In this document: positions 39,240 through 53,771 of the stretch, piece after piece
Numbering within the stretch: the stretch's first letter is position 1
How the letters are laid out: every line of letters starts with the position of its first letter
Source of the DNA: Lytechinus pictus
Taxonomy: Eukaryota
Length of the DNA stretch: 64,000 bases
Direction: 5' to 3'
NCBI RefSeq assembly: GCF_037042905.1
Contig: NC_087252.1
Location: forward strand, 24,492,001 to 24,556,000
The notes under the pieces: generated by a model
The model's input: only the letters and a program-made list of their open reading frames with translations
What the model was told of the DNA's origin: nothing
The model's database searches: none
Translations under genes and position numbers: made by a program

Positions 39240-39715
39240 ACCACCACCTTAATCACCACCATTATCAACATTACCCATAAAACCTTCACAATTATCACCA
39301 TTGTAAAGGCATCACCATCAACATTTTTATTTGTCATCACTACCATTACTACCATCACCATTATCAACATTACCATTATCACCATAATCTTCACCACCAT
39401 CACCATGATCACATTATTATCGCCGTCAGTGATCAACATTACCACCTGTACCGTCATCACCATACCCCAAAACGTCATCACCATCACTGCCATTACCACC
39501 ATATGATCATCGTCATTACCATCACCATCATGATGATCATCACACGGAATCGTCACCACTCCAATCATCACCTCCGCTATCACCACCAGTTCCATCATCG
39601 TCATTTTCATCATCCCGTCATTTTCCATAACCACCATTACCCTTACATTTCCATGGCCGTTAGTCACGCTCATCCTCAAAATTATCATTAGCGTCACCAC
39701 CACCATCACCACTAG
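39240..39715. repeat. Degenerate (CAT/CAC)n trinucleotide repeat
   Basis: Seen directly. It explains the M/V-rich and H-rich spurious ORFs here. Confidence 0.9.
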
Positions 39716-39735
39716 CGTCATCGCTGTGTCCTCAC

Positions 39736-39943
39736 CCGTAGCTTTTCCTTGATAGAGAAATACATGCAGGTTACACACAGAACGGCAACACCCTGTAGAG
39801 CCATGGCGGTACCAAAGTATAGGACATCATGTATCGCTTGTTATCGTACACCCAGCAAGAACCCCTGTCGCCATCACTCATCTGCCAGTGGATGCATACC
39901 GAATTGATAAAGGCGCCAAAATAGTTCGGAGCAAGGAATAATC
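39736..39943 (-). pseudogene. SLCO/OATP paralog exon (copy of exon 9) with a 2-nt frameshift
   Basis: GLFLAPNYFGAFINSVCIHWQMSDGDRGSCWVYDNKRYMMS, then +2 nt, then YFGTAMALQGVAVLCVTCMYFSIKEKLR. 208 nt versus 206 nt. Splice sites are intact (cacag/gtgagg). Confidence 0.85.
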
Positions 39944-40776
39944 CTGTGTTGAACGAAGCATGCGCGTTAGAATAAAGAGTGAAGAATTTCTATCTCCTTC
40001 AGCAGTTTTACTTTAGGGTCGGCAATGCTGCTAAATAAAGTTTTGTTGGAATTCTCCTCCAACCATTCCATTTACAAAAAAAAATATAATCTGAAGAAAT
40101 CCTTCCCAGGGTCTGAGGTGCGCACTCATTTTTCCTACGACCCTTTCTTCCTATTTTCTTATATTGTACACAACAAAAACTGTGGTGTTAACCGGTGTAT
40201 ACAGATCAGAGGACCACACCAGTTATTTTACACTGATGTTAAATTGACAGTGTTAGTTTAACACCTATGGGTGTACACCTTTGGTTGTTACATTTACACT
40301 CTTTGGTGTTATATTCAATCTCTAGGGTGTAATTTCAACACCTCAGGGTGTGGTCCTCTATTAACACCAATTGGTGTCAGTTTTAACACTACAGTTTTTA
40401 CAGTGTAACACAGTTTGGGAGTTTGGACTTTCATTTCTTTAAAGTCTCCCTTCAATTTAAAACCCCAGAAGATGCAGAAGTGCAAAGTGCAATCTTGCCC
40501 ATATCGGAATTAGGACCTCAAAATCTGCCTTTTTACGGAGGAGATAATGAGGCGAGATTTTAGTATAACGTTTGTTTTAACTATATAGACGCGTTGACGA
40601 TGTTGAAAAAGACGCCGGATGCTCTTCATTAGAGTATAGCATTTTTATGCAACATTTTACGATAGTACCAGATGACTCTTGTCTTGTCTTGTCTTGGGTT
40701 AAGTCGGCATATGCAGACTTGCTGTACTCCGCCAACTTTATTGATGTGTGTGAAATCACCAAGTAAGCAGGTCACT

Positions 40777-43061
<2,285 letters not shown>

Positions 43062-44134
43062 AGGTCACTTGCTAGGTTTTTGATTGAGTTTGGATTTGAA
43101 AGAGTCTAATTAGTTTATCAATGATGTGTCCATGTTTAACTCGTTCCAATCTTTGGTAGTTCGAGGGAAGAAGCTGTATCTATGAGCATCCCTTTTGACT
43201 AGTAGACGCTGGAGCTTGATACTATTTCCTCTAGTCTGCCGGGTGTTTTGCTGGATGAAGTTTTTGGGGTTGATGGCAACAAGACCTTTGATTATTTGGA
43301 ACATTAGGCTCAGTCTACTGTATTTCCGTCTGTCTTCCAATGAGTCCCATTCTAAGGCCAGTAACATGGTTGTGACGCTACTGGTTTGTCTGTAGTTCCC
43401 CATACAGAAACGAGCTGCCTTTCTCTGAATGGCTTCTATTTTCTGGGTATCCTTCTTGTAATGGGGATCCCATGCAGGGGAGGCGTATTCCAGGATTGGT
43501 CTCACCAACGTTTGGTAGGAAAGTTGTTTTATTTCCTTGGGAGCAGACCAAAAGTTCCTTCTCAGGAAACCGAGTACTCTGGAAGCTTTGGAGCAGACTT
43601 TGTTGATCTGGGCGTCCCAGCGCATCCTGTTATCCATTTCAACACCAAGGTAAGAGCATGTAGACACTTCTTGTAGTTTTTGGCCACAGAAGGTGTAATC
43701 TCTTTCTGTAGGAATCTGTACTGCCTTGGATGGTATTTTCATGATGACACATTTGGCTGGATTGAAGGACATGGCCCATTTATTCTGCCACTCTTCTAGT
43801 TTTGACACTCGTCTTGGAGGATTTGAAAGTCATTAGAATTTGTGCCAGAAGTGTAAATGACACAATCATCGGCGAACAGCCTTGTCGTTGACAGGAGGCC
43901 ATCAGGTAGATTATTGATGTACATAAGACTCGGACTCGTCGAGATCCTAGCTAGCTCGATGACGTACCCATGTGTTTCATATCCTCATAATGAAATCACT
44001 GTTGAAGCTATATATTCTTTTAAAAAAAGAGCAGCAAAATATACTGAGAAAACGTAATAAAGTAAAGAAACTACAGCTAGGCCTAACCCTTCTACCCGAT
44101 GCCCTCAAAGGGGAAGTTCAACATGAAAAACAGT

Positions 44135-44411
44135 TTATTGTTTCTGTTTATTTCTGTTTATGGTAACTCCCGCAGGAACTCGGCAAGTCAGCATTTTGCT
44201 GGTAAACGCCAAGCTGGTATATATAACCAGTTACCTCGGAAACATTTTACGTCTAGGTTACCTAATCAGTCATAGTGGCTGACGTTTTATAGACGACAGA
44301 TATCCGCTCTCGGGCCTTTTTATCAAAGTGGCGACAATGGCAGAGTTGGGATTCGAACTCACAACCTTGCGATTATGAGTCGAATGCTCAAACCACTGGA
44401 CCACACGACCC
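44135..44411 (-). mobile_element. tRNA-derived SINE (same family as 10292-10560), inside a Kolobok-like element
   Basis: A box TGGTCCAGTGG and B box GTTCGAATCC. The body is colinear with the first copy. Confidence 0.8.
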
Positions 44412-44838
44412 TGAAACGACTCTGAAAAATAGCACCAAAATTTTTTAAAGAATAATTGTGAAGATTTGAGAAAATACATCAAAGATTAATAAAAGTTATT
44501 TAAAAAAAAAAATTGTAACGTCCTATCTGTGCTGAAAGCTTCCCAACATGGTAAAATCAATTAAATGTTATTTTCTTTACATGGTTTTTTTTTTTGTACC
44601 TTCAGGACCAATTACAGACAAGTTCTTTCACCCCTGCTTCTGAGACTTCATGGTGAACTTCCCCTTTAATTCGAACGCCCTCATTGGTGGGGCAAGGAGA
44701 ATAGATATATGTAACTAATGAAAACAACTCTCATCTTCGTCCCTTCGACGTCGTTTTTACTTTTTACATAAGCATAACGTCAAGTCATCTAATTTTTTTA
44801 TCGAGAAGTTTCATCTATCCCATCGTAATCTTTCAGAA

Positions 44839-44913
44839 ATGACCTCAAATCGGAAGAGTTCTGAGACGAAGAGTCGGGAGAATGCAGCATTTCTCAAGAT
44901 GCGGGTTGAAGAG
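44839..44913 (+). CDS. Uncharacterised coiled-coil protein, coding exon 1 (MTSNRKSSETKSRENAAFLKMRVEE)
   Basis: ATG in aaATG context. The gag|gtataa donor is phase 0 and joins the heptads of the next exon. Confidence 0.65.
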
Positions 44914-45000
44914 GTATAAAAAGTAGGCCTAGTTAATTCAGTCCCATACGTGAAGAATTATGCTGGCTTCTTTGTGACAGAATTGATTGCAAACGAACCG

Positions 45001-45305
45001 GGGCCGATTGCACGAAAGGGTCTTTCCAAGGACCGTCTTTCGTGTCGCCCATCTTTTATGATGCGCTATAAGCGGGGTGTTTCTGAAATTTATGATAAAC
45101 AAATAAAATTCGTAAGCTTGCTTTTAAATCAAATTTTATACAATTTCATGAGATATCACATCATTTTATAAACAAATATTTTGTTTATTTTAACGGACAA
45201 ATAAAATATATTTGCAGATAATTTATTTGAAATGCATTTCACATGGCGTATAGATGGGCGACACGAAAGACGGTCCTTAGAAAGACCTTTTCGTGCAATC
45301 GACCC
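45001..45305. mobile_element. MITE with ~54-bp TIRs
   Basis: GGGCCGATTGCACGAAAGGGTCTTTCCAAGGACCGTCTTTCGTGTCGCCCATCT matches an inverted copy at 45252-45305. Confidence 0.75.
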
Positions 45306-45438
45306 CAGATTAACATTAAAATTTAAGACTCAAGTCTCAGACTCAGAGCTGTGCCTCCGGGACGGTTCTGGTTGTATGAACTATGAGTATGATATTGATG
45401 TCTTGATCATAGAATTACAGGTGCATTTGGTGAATAAG

Positions 45439-46090
45439 TATGATGGGGTGTCCAAACTTCGCGCACTTTTCAAAAATATTCATCAGGCTTAATTTTGTTC
45501 ACAAAATATTCATAATTTATACAAAACCAATTCAAGAAATAGTTACCACATTGACGGCAAGATCGTAAACTATAAAATCATGGACGAAAATGTAAAGTAG
45601 GTGAAGGGGTTTCGCCGGTATCGCGATCTCAAAATTCTATTCCGATCGGCGAATGCGGGCTGTGCTGGCAAACCGTTCAGAAAAAGTGTGACCTAACTTC
45701 GCGCACCAAAGCTTTTGTGGAGATTTAAACAAAAACTGAAGCTCAAAAAGTGAAATATTTATATGAGATTGATGGCAAAATGCTATGGAATCGGTTAGTA
45801 CCACATTTAACTCACATTTTTGATGATTTCTGCTTGCAAAATGGTGATATCGTGATGCTTGTTGAGAATATCAGATTTCTTCAAAACGGGCGCCAACGGT
45901 GACAAATTTGCCGATCTTTTGTCAATATTTTCATGATTACTGAACTCATCCTAAAGAAACTTACACCAAAGGGTAATTTTAGGTCGCTTTTCACGTTGAC
46001 GATGTCAGATTTTAAGGATATTGGCTAGTTTTTTAGATAATGACCGTCCGCGAAGTATGGACATGCGCGAAGTTTGGACTCACTGCCATA
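45439..46090. mobile_element. TIR element
   Basis: GTCCAAACTTCGCGCA near the left end and TGCGCGAAGTTTGGAC near the right end. TA at both ends. Confidence 0.6.
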
Positions 46091-47112
46091 TAGCAGCGTA
46101 AGCTACCCAGAATTTGACATGCTGTTTTATAGCTTTTTTAAACCCTTTTTTGCAATAATTTTTGTTATGAAAATAAAATTTCTTTTCACACTGACTGTGC
46201 ATCAATGTTGTTGAATGTATTCGATTTTGACTTGCAATGTTTATTTATTCCTATCTCAATATTTCATCAAGAATCTTGTAATATATCGCCATGTTTTGTG
46301 CCATGCCGTTTCCCGCCATTCACCAGACACCAGTTGTTTTGACAGACAGCCCCCGCCCTCTGTAGTCGGCCTCTGTTCGACATAGGCTAGCTAGGCATCC
46401 TCGGCTTACTTACAGCAACAAAAAATATTAAAGCACTTAATTTGTCATGAAAAATACCTCAATACCTAAAACCTAATGAAACTTACCGAAAAGTTACGGA
46501 AATTTCATATAACTTCTCCAAAATTAACAAAATGGATGAAAAGTGTCGAAAAATGTGTTCGTAGACGAAATTGGTTCTCACTCAGCTTTATGTCGCATGC
46601 AGGCACGTTCACACTTAGTATACACATCTTGTGTGTAAACATTGGTGTGCTCTAGTGAAAATCCATGAAATTCATTATACAAGGGCCTACATGTATATGT
46701 GCCTTCTATTTTTTATAAAATTTAATGAGATCCTCATTTTTGTTTTGGCCTATTCAGACCTGCCAACCAGTACGTTTTAGCCGTATTTAGTATGTTTTTG
46801 CAACCAAAATACGGCAGTACGTTTTTTCTTTGAAAAATACGTTTTTTGTATAAAAAAAAACTAAATCGTAATTTATTGAGAAAAATAATCTCTATATGTC
46901 TCTGTTCATAAAACGTGCACAAATATGGTTATTAGATCAATGTAATTTCAGGTAACTTGTTTTTTTTTTCAATCATTTTGTTCAAACCAGGGTGAAGATA
47001 TACACATGTTTTAATGGTTTTTTTTTCATCTGCAAGAGCAGTGCGCATTTTAGCTTGCATGCAGCTTGAGCGCCGCGATGAGCGAGTGCGCCAAGCATTT
47101 TATTATGAAATA

Positions 47113-47847
47113 CAGTCCGACCTCTCTTATCCGGCCTCCCCTTATCCGGATCTCTCTATTATCCGGACGCACATTTGCCGAGATTTAGTACGTGAGTAAA
47201 TTGAGATGGCAATCTTAACTCAATCCTATAGGCAAACTCCCTTTGATTACATATATTTTTCAATATAGTCTACCTAAAACAACATTATTTTTCATGAAAA
47301 TATCTCACCCAAATCACCGAAAGAACTTAGGCAGGATAATTTTCCAGGAAAATGGGGCGCAATGTAAACATTTCATCACGTTCTCTTTTTGTTTCCCGGG
47401 AAAAACAACACATGTCTCACTAGCTAACGCTAGGCCTCAATACGGACAGCGCCATCTATCATGTTTAAGCCTACAGTCAGTGTAACAATGGCTGACATTG
47501 CGAAGCTGCGATAGCCGCCGCGATGATCTTATTGTAAAACTTAGTTTCATCGAGTCATTCATTCTCTTTCTTTCGAAGTATGCTCGATTTATACCTCAAT
47601 CATTTGAGCAGGTAAATTATCCAACAGTTTTGGCCACCAATCGATTTTATTTCCGTAAAAATACCGCCTATAATTTGCACTGACACTGCAGTGAATACTG
47701 TCTGTGTATGCCCACTAAATAGACTACGTACAGTTTCTATTGCAGAGGCAGCTGCGTGTATTTAATATTGGGTCTCCCAGATCCGGATAAATCCCTTATC
47801 CGGATTGGTGCTGGTCCCAACGTGTCCGGATAAGAGAGGTCGGACTG
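47113..47847. mobile_element. pogo/Tigger-like MITE nested in a CAGACCTGCCAACC-TIR element (46755-47923)
   Basis: TA|CAGTCCGACCTCTCTTATCCGG...CCGGATAAGAGAGGTCGGACTG|TA, a perfect 22-bp TIR. Confidence 0.8.
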
Positions 47848-48869
47848 TACACTTTTTGGGGGAAAAATACAGTTTTTTTTATCACAGAATACAGTTTTTC
47901 ATTTCCAGAGGTTGGCAGGTCTGAACACCTCTATGATGAACTTTGGAGAATCAAAAATATCTAGAGATGAGAGGACTCTGACTCCCTGAAATTTGTGTGA
48001 AGTGAATGGGTGCATCGATATTGGGCACCATTCTTTTTTAATCTAAAAATGATAGGCCGTTGTTTATGCTCCTTCCAAGTCCAATTTTTGTATTCTGTTC
48101 TTGAAGGGATGAAAATATAAATAGAGTAAAATTCACAAAGCAAAATGCTGAAATTTTTTCATCAAAATCGGACAACAAATAACAAAGTTATTGACTTTTA
48201 AAGTTTATCAATTTTTGTGAAAACACTTATATGCACATCATCATAAATATTTATTAGGTGGGCTGATGATGTCATATCCCCACTTTCCTTTTTCTTATGT
48301 TATTACATGATATCATAATTGATTCATTTTTTCATATGTGTAAATGATTTGTCTGCATTATGATGAAATAAGTTGCGGCAATCAAAAACTAGTGTGCACA
48401 CAGTTTCTCAATCTGATTGATTTAGTTCTTGGTAGAAAATTTTTGAATAAACCTAATTTCATGTAATAAAATGCAAAAGAACAAGTCTGGATATGACATC
48501 AGCCCACCTCATGAACATAAAGACATGCCTAGAACTGTTTCACCAGAATAATGCAAATCTTTAAATTCAAACACTTTTTTATTTGTTATCCGATTTTGAT
48601 GAAATTTTCAGCATTTTGCTCCGTGAATTTTACTCTATTTATTGAGATATAAATATCTCCAGCCTGGACTATCCCTTTAAATACAATCCATACTCTCACT
48701 CATTGCATTCCACCATCCATAGTATGCACATCTTTTGATATTCTCTGATATGATTCAGAAACACATATTTCGCAACATTGTGTTGTTGTGGAGTGCAGAA
48801 ATCCAAGCAAGCATCTGTAAATTGTATTTTTTCATTTTTTAAAAACATTTTTTCCTCATAATTCCACAG

Positions 48870-49000
48870 CTTGAGTCGGAAGTAAGTTCTCTGAAGAAAA
48901 GACTGGATGGACTAAGAAAGGCTAAGAATACGACTGTTCTGAAGAAAGAGAAGGAGTATGTTTCGGTGGGAGCATCAGAATCAAATAGAGCAAGTAAAAG
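48870..49000 (+). CDS. Uncharacterised coiled-coil protein, exon 2 (LESEVSSLKKRLDGLRKAKNTTVLKKEKEYVSVGASESNRASK)
   Basis: ttccacag acceptor and aag|gtattt donor; 131 nt, phase 0 to 2. Confidence 0.75.
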
Positions 49001-49763
49001 GTATTTCAATCACCTGTCTAATATTAATAAGCAGGTGCAGATCCATTAGGGTTGGACACAATACCATTTTGGGGGGCATATTGTTTTTACACAATAGTCG
49101 GCCTCTCAAAACTATGGCTCGTATTCTGAAGTCAGGTTTAACTTAGACCATGGTCTAACTCTGTGCTAAAATTATGGGAAGCCAAAAGTGTCAAAATTTT
49201 TTATTAAGTTGTATGTTTCTTATGTTTGCTGTCCTCTTTCCTATAGAAAGAATATGTGACCTACTGATAGATGTGATAAAAGAGACATTTTAAGTGAAAT
49301 ATATAGAAAAGTAATTGGAAAGTTGTTCACATGTGACATCACACATCTTTGTTCCATTGCCAATGGAGGATCTACATTACATTAGTGATCTAAACTTCAA
49401 ATGCTCATAACTTTATTATTCATTCAATTTTTCTCAAAATTTCGCTTTATCTGTTTAGTTGATTTTTCTGTTTTTGCACAGGCTCTCTTGTTTCAAGGGT
49501 TTCATTTTCCTTTAACCTATTGCAGATGAAACCATGATAAAATGTACTCCACATGCAAACTGAGAGTCTTCGTGAATTAGCCCCAGGCTTTTTTTATTCT
49601 CTCTCTTTCTCTCCCTCTCTCTCTTGCTCATGCAGCAATAGTCATAGTCTGTTTAGTTTTTAGATTTTTTGAGTTTCATAATTTCATATAATGAACAATT
49701 TTAATTTTAAATTGGTGGAGCATATACATGTAAGATTACTTGATCAAAATATAGCATTGAAGG

Positions 49764-50045
49764 CACTGGCGGATCCGGAGGGGGGGGGGGCACAGCTGGC
49801 CTGTTGCCCCCCCCCCCCTTTTGAGAAGCAAAATTAAAATTTGTAATGTAAAAATGCCATTAAAACAGAAGTGTGCCCCCCTTTTGAAAATGAAGATATT
49901 TTTTTTTTTGCTTGTCAAATTTTTTCAGTGACGAAATATCCTGAATTTTTGGTTAAAAACCTTCTTTTCTTTTTTTTGCTTGTCAAATATTTCCTCAGAA
50001 AATGTGCCCCCCCCCTCCTTTTGGAAAATCCTGGATCCGTCCCTG
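49764..50045. mobile_element. hAT-like MITE (sister of 32225-32483)
   Basis: Exact TSD ATTGAAGG at 49756-49763 and 50046-50053, with the same TIRs. Confidence 0.85.
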
Positions 50046-50263
50046 ATTGAAGGCAAGGAATCTTGGACTAATGGTACATAACTCAAAGTCTTGGTATCAA
50101 TCAGTTAATCGCAAATGCAAAGTTGAAATCAATTTCTGGTTCTTTTCTTGCACCAAGAAATGGGTATAAATAGGACTTCTTTAGTTGAAATTGGTCTGTC
50201 ACTAGTAAATGTGCAGTTTGCAATGAATTCTGAACATTTCCTTGCCACACCCCCTTTGATAGA

Positions 50264-50682
50264 CGGTTAATTTCCAATTTGTCTAATGCCAATTCGTCCA
50301 ATTGCCACCTCATCGACTAACATTTGGTCAACCATCAATTTATCCACTCACCGCATGGTCTACTTTCATTTAGTCTAATGCCATTCGGTCTAACAACCAG
50401 TTGGTCCAATAGCCATTTATTCCATATACCATTTGGTCTAATTAATCTAAGTTTTAAATTGTGCAAAATGAATGAAAATGAAATGGATATTAGATCAACT
50501 GGTTATGAGACGAAAAGGTCATAGACGAAATGATGATTAGACGAAGTGATAATTGGACTAGATGGATAATGGACCAAATCTTTGTTAGACGAAATGTTGA
50601 TGGACGAAATGGCATTAGACTAAATGAAAGTAGACCATTTGATGAGGGGACGAGTTGGCAGAAGACGAATTGGCAATTCACC
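50264..50682. mobile_element. MITE-like element made of short TTCGTCTA/TTGGTCTA repeats in inverted halves
   Basis: The same family occurs at ~60-290 and ~7081-7382. Confidence 0.65.
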
Positions 50683-50806
50683 TAATAGACTGATAGTTAA
50701 TAACTGATGTTATTCAATGTTGCCTGGGCAGATTAGGAAAAAAAAAAACAATGCTTCTCTATAGTTCTCTGGAATTACTTTGTGTCCTTTTCATTTACAT
50801 TGCCAG

Positions 50807-50930
50807 GCCATCCATTTCAGAAGATAAGAGCAGTGAACTTCAGAAAAAAATAAAAGATCTGAGTCTTCAACACGCAGATGAGATGAGTGCCTTGAAGCGG
50901 AAACACAGTGCTGATCTCAAAAAGTTGCAA
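50807..50930 (+). CDS. Uncharacterised coiled-coil protein, exon 3 (PSISEDKSSELQKKIKDLSLQHADEMSALKRKHSADLKKLQ)
   Basis: gccag acceptor and caa|gtaagt donor; 124 nt, phase 2 to 0. Confidence 0.8.
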
Positions 50931-51528
50931 GTAAGTAAAAAGCAATGACCAAAAACAGACAAATGCAGCTCAGTGTATAATTTCAGCTCCTAAAAAGACT
51001 TCCTAAGCTCCTAAACATTGATTCAGGCTGATACCTGGCATACATTGGAAATCTCCTTTGTGAATGGCATTTTAAAAATATTGCTCTTGAGGTTAGAGGC
51101 ATCTATCTGAGGTTAAATTCAAATTCATTTATTTCACATCTCTAAAAAACATACAAGATACAATACATCAAGATCAAATCAAATCAATCAAAATGATTCC
51201 ATAGTGATGAAGTAATTAATGAATTTCGTAAACTTATGACAAAGTAACAAAAATAACAAATTACATAGGGTAATGAATGGGACGTGAGGGAGTAGCAAAA
51301 GCCAAATAGACCTATCTAGGCTACTTCCTGATTAACATTCATTACTGGAAAAAAAAAATCTTGCAATCAACTTATTAGATTCCAAGAAACATGAATTACA
51401 AAATCACCCAAATCAGCAAACTAGTAAAGAATTTGAATAAAAAACCAACTAAAATACAAAAAATATTAAAAACGTACACATAAACAGGCAAGCTTATTCA
51501 TTGAGAAATATCAAGATACCACATACTT

Positions 51529-52276
51529 TTAATCCTATTAGACTGGGCTATTTCGATGCCTAAAAAGACGGGGGGGGGGGGGCTGATTCAGCCCCCCTAT
51601 GATCTCGGCCGTCGATTGCGCGATTGCGACGAAAATTGGCACGCGTTACCCATGGCATTATCTACAAAGCTATAATATCAAATTCTGCAAGAAATCTCAT
51701 TGCTCATTAATTTATGCGTAAAATCACTAGTTTGCTCTAATTAATAAAAGAATGCCCCTAAATTGCTAATTTTTGTCTCACATACTCTAGTAGATAGGCA
51801 TCTGATCATATTTATTTTTCAAAAATTTCAACATCACATTTATTTTCTTATGTATTCTATTGTTTTCTAAATTTCTTATGTATTTCTTAATTTTTTGACT
51901 TTTTGTTTTTTTATAGTTTTTTCAATGGAAATTGTCGGGGACTTTATTTTTACCATAAACAAGATAAAATTAATTGATTTTAAGCAGTAAAGGAAAAATT
52001 ATGATACATTTTATGAATTTTGTCTAAAAACACTATTTGCATTGGATTTATACACAAATTCACGTTTTTATTGGGTCTGCATGCACTTACAAAATGTTGG
52101 GTAATTTCGGAACCGTGTACTCGGGGGTCACAATTTTGGTCTCAAAAGTTGCGCGAGACTTGAAAGTAAAAAGTCAGTGAGCGACGCAGTCAAAAAATTT
52201 CGAGCGGCGGATTTATCACGAAAAATGTCGAGGGGGGGCTGAATCAGCCCCCCCCCCAGTCTCCTTTATAGGTTTA
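51529..52276. mobile_element. piggyBac-like non-autonomous element (degenerate ends)
   Basis: TTAA at both ends. AGACTGGG/CCCAGTCT inverted termini, and GGGGGCTGA(T/A)TCAGCCCCC subterminal palindromes at both ends. Confidence 0.5.
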
Positions 52277-52844
52277 AAATATAGGTAAACTTATCTACCC
52301 TCTCATTCTCAGGGATCCATGTCACTCCGAAGCAACGATGATAATACCCATTTCAATAATAAATATTCTTGTTTACTGGAATTAGCCACTTCACTTCATT
52401 GCTACACTTCATTATGAAATGTTCTCCCAGTGGCGCCTGCAAAACATATTTTCATTACTCTTCTTCGCCTGAGAAGGCAAAAGGTCCTATTTTCAAAGTC
52501 TATACATGTAGTATGACTTGGCTGGGAATTGAACCCACATCCTCCTGTTCATGTGGTTTGCATTCTACTACTCCTGATGATAAATCTGCACATTTTTGCC
52601 AAGATAACCTCAAACCTAACCATTATTTTCAGATATTTTCTGAATAAACCCCTGTCACAATCCTTGCCATTCATCTTGCAAGAAGTTAACATAGAGGCCA
52701 ATGTGAGGATCTACTGTTCGCAAATTTTATCTCCTGAACTAATATTAATATTAATATTTACTATAAGTTTTGTTCATCTTTTTTCAGTTTAAAAAATGAG
52801 TTACAATTCTTTGAAAACATTCATCAATCAGAAAACACCTTTTT

Positions 52845-53280
52845 TTTATACGCCCGTCCTACGGGACGTATTATGGTATCACGCTCGGTGTCCGTCTGTC
52901 CGTCTGTTAACTTTTCTTTGTAGACGTGATAACTCCAGTTTAACTTAACCTAAGCTCATATAATTTTGTGTGTATGATACTAGCATGGATCTCAGGAAGT
53001 CTATTGATTTTGAGGTCAAAAGGTCAAGATCACAGTGACATGTTTTCATCTTACCCTTCTCAAGTCCTTGTAAACTCGTTAACTTCAGTTTAACATAACT
53101 TGGCTTTTATAATTTGGTGTGTATGATGCTAGTAGCATACATCCCAGGAATTCTTTCGATTTTGAGGTCAGAAGGTCAAAGGGAAGTCGCCACCTTCTAC
53201 TTTTCTTGCTTGACCAATATCTCCCATTTTCCGTGTTACAAGCAGGCGTATTATGTGCTCGCCTTTGCGACACTCTTGTT
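52845..53280 (+). mobile_element. Helentron-associated (HINE/DINE-1-like) element
   Basis: T-rich site. 5' subTIR ATACGCCCG in palindrome ATACGCCCGTCCTACGGGACGTAT, then a (GTCC/GTCT)n microsatellite and internal tandem repeats. The 3' subTIR CAGGCGTAT is followed by hairpin GTGCTCGC-CTTT-GCGACAC and CTTGTT. Confidence 0.75.
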
Positions 53281-53540
53281 AGAATTGAGCCACTTTCCAA
53301 AGATTTAAGTCCAACTTGCCTCTCAAGATAGGATCTGCTCAATGATTCAATTTCTTATCTTGCAAGAAGTCTTAATTTTAATTTTTTTAAACTCCTGTTC
53401 TACATACAGGTTCATGTTACAAAATCTACTCTTTAATATGGGTATTGGTACATTTTTTTATCTATTGAATTATTTGCAAATGTATGATGAAATATATATA
53501 GATCTTTAAAACATTTTTTGTTCCTTGTTTGTTATGACAG

Positions 53541-53771
53541 TCTGAGAAAGCAAAGCCCACTACACCAGAGAAGTGCAATCACGATGAAGAGATCCTCCGT
53601 CTCAAGGGTGAAATAACCGAACTGAAAGAGAAGAATGCCAGCCTGGAGGATGTGAACTCAACACTCAAAACAGAGACTCTCTCGCTTCATGCAAAGTTTG
53701 AGGAACTGTTTACCGAGCTGAGCCTCAAGGAAGCGCAGTGGTGTGAGAAGGAGGAACAATTAAATCTCAAG
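53541..53771 (+). CDS. Uncharacterised coiled-coil protein, exon 4 (SEKAKPTTPEKCNHDEEILRLKGE...ELSLKEAQWCEKEEQLNLK)
   Basis: gacag acceptor and aag|gttggt donor; 231 nt, phase 0 to 0. Clear heptad pattern. Confidence 0.85.

Noticed and set aside
39221..39778. 185-aa Met/Val-rich ORF
   Set aside because: It is a (GAT/GGT)n repeat translation that overlaps the pseudo-exon in the wrong frame.
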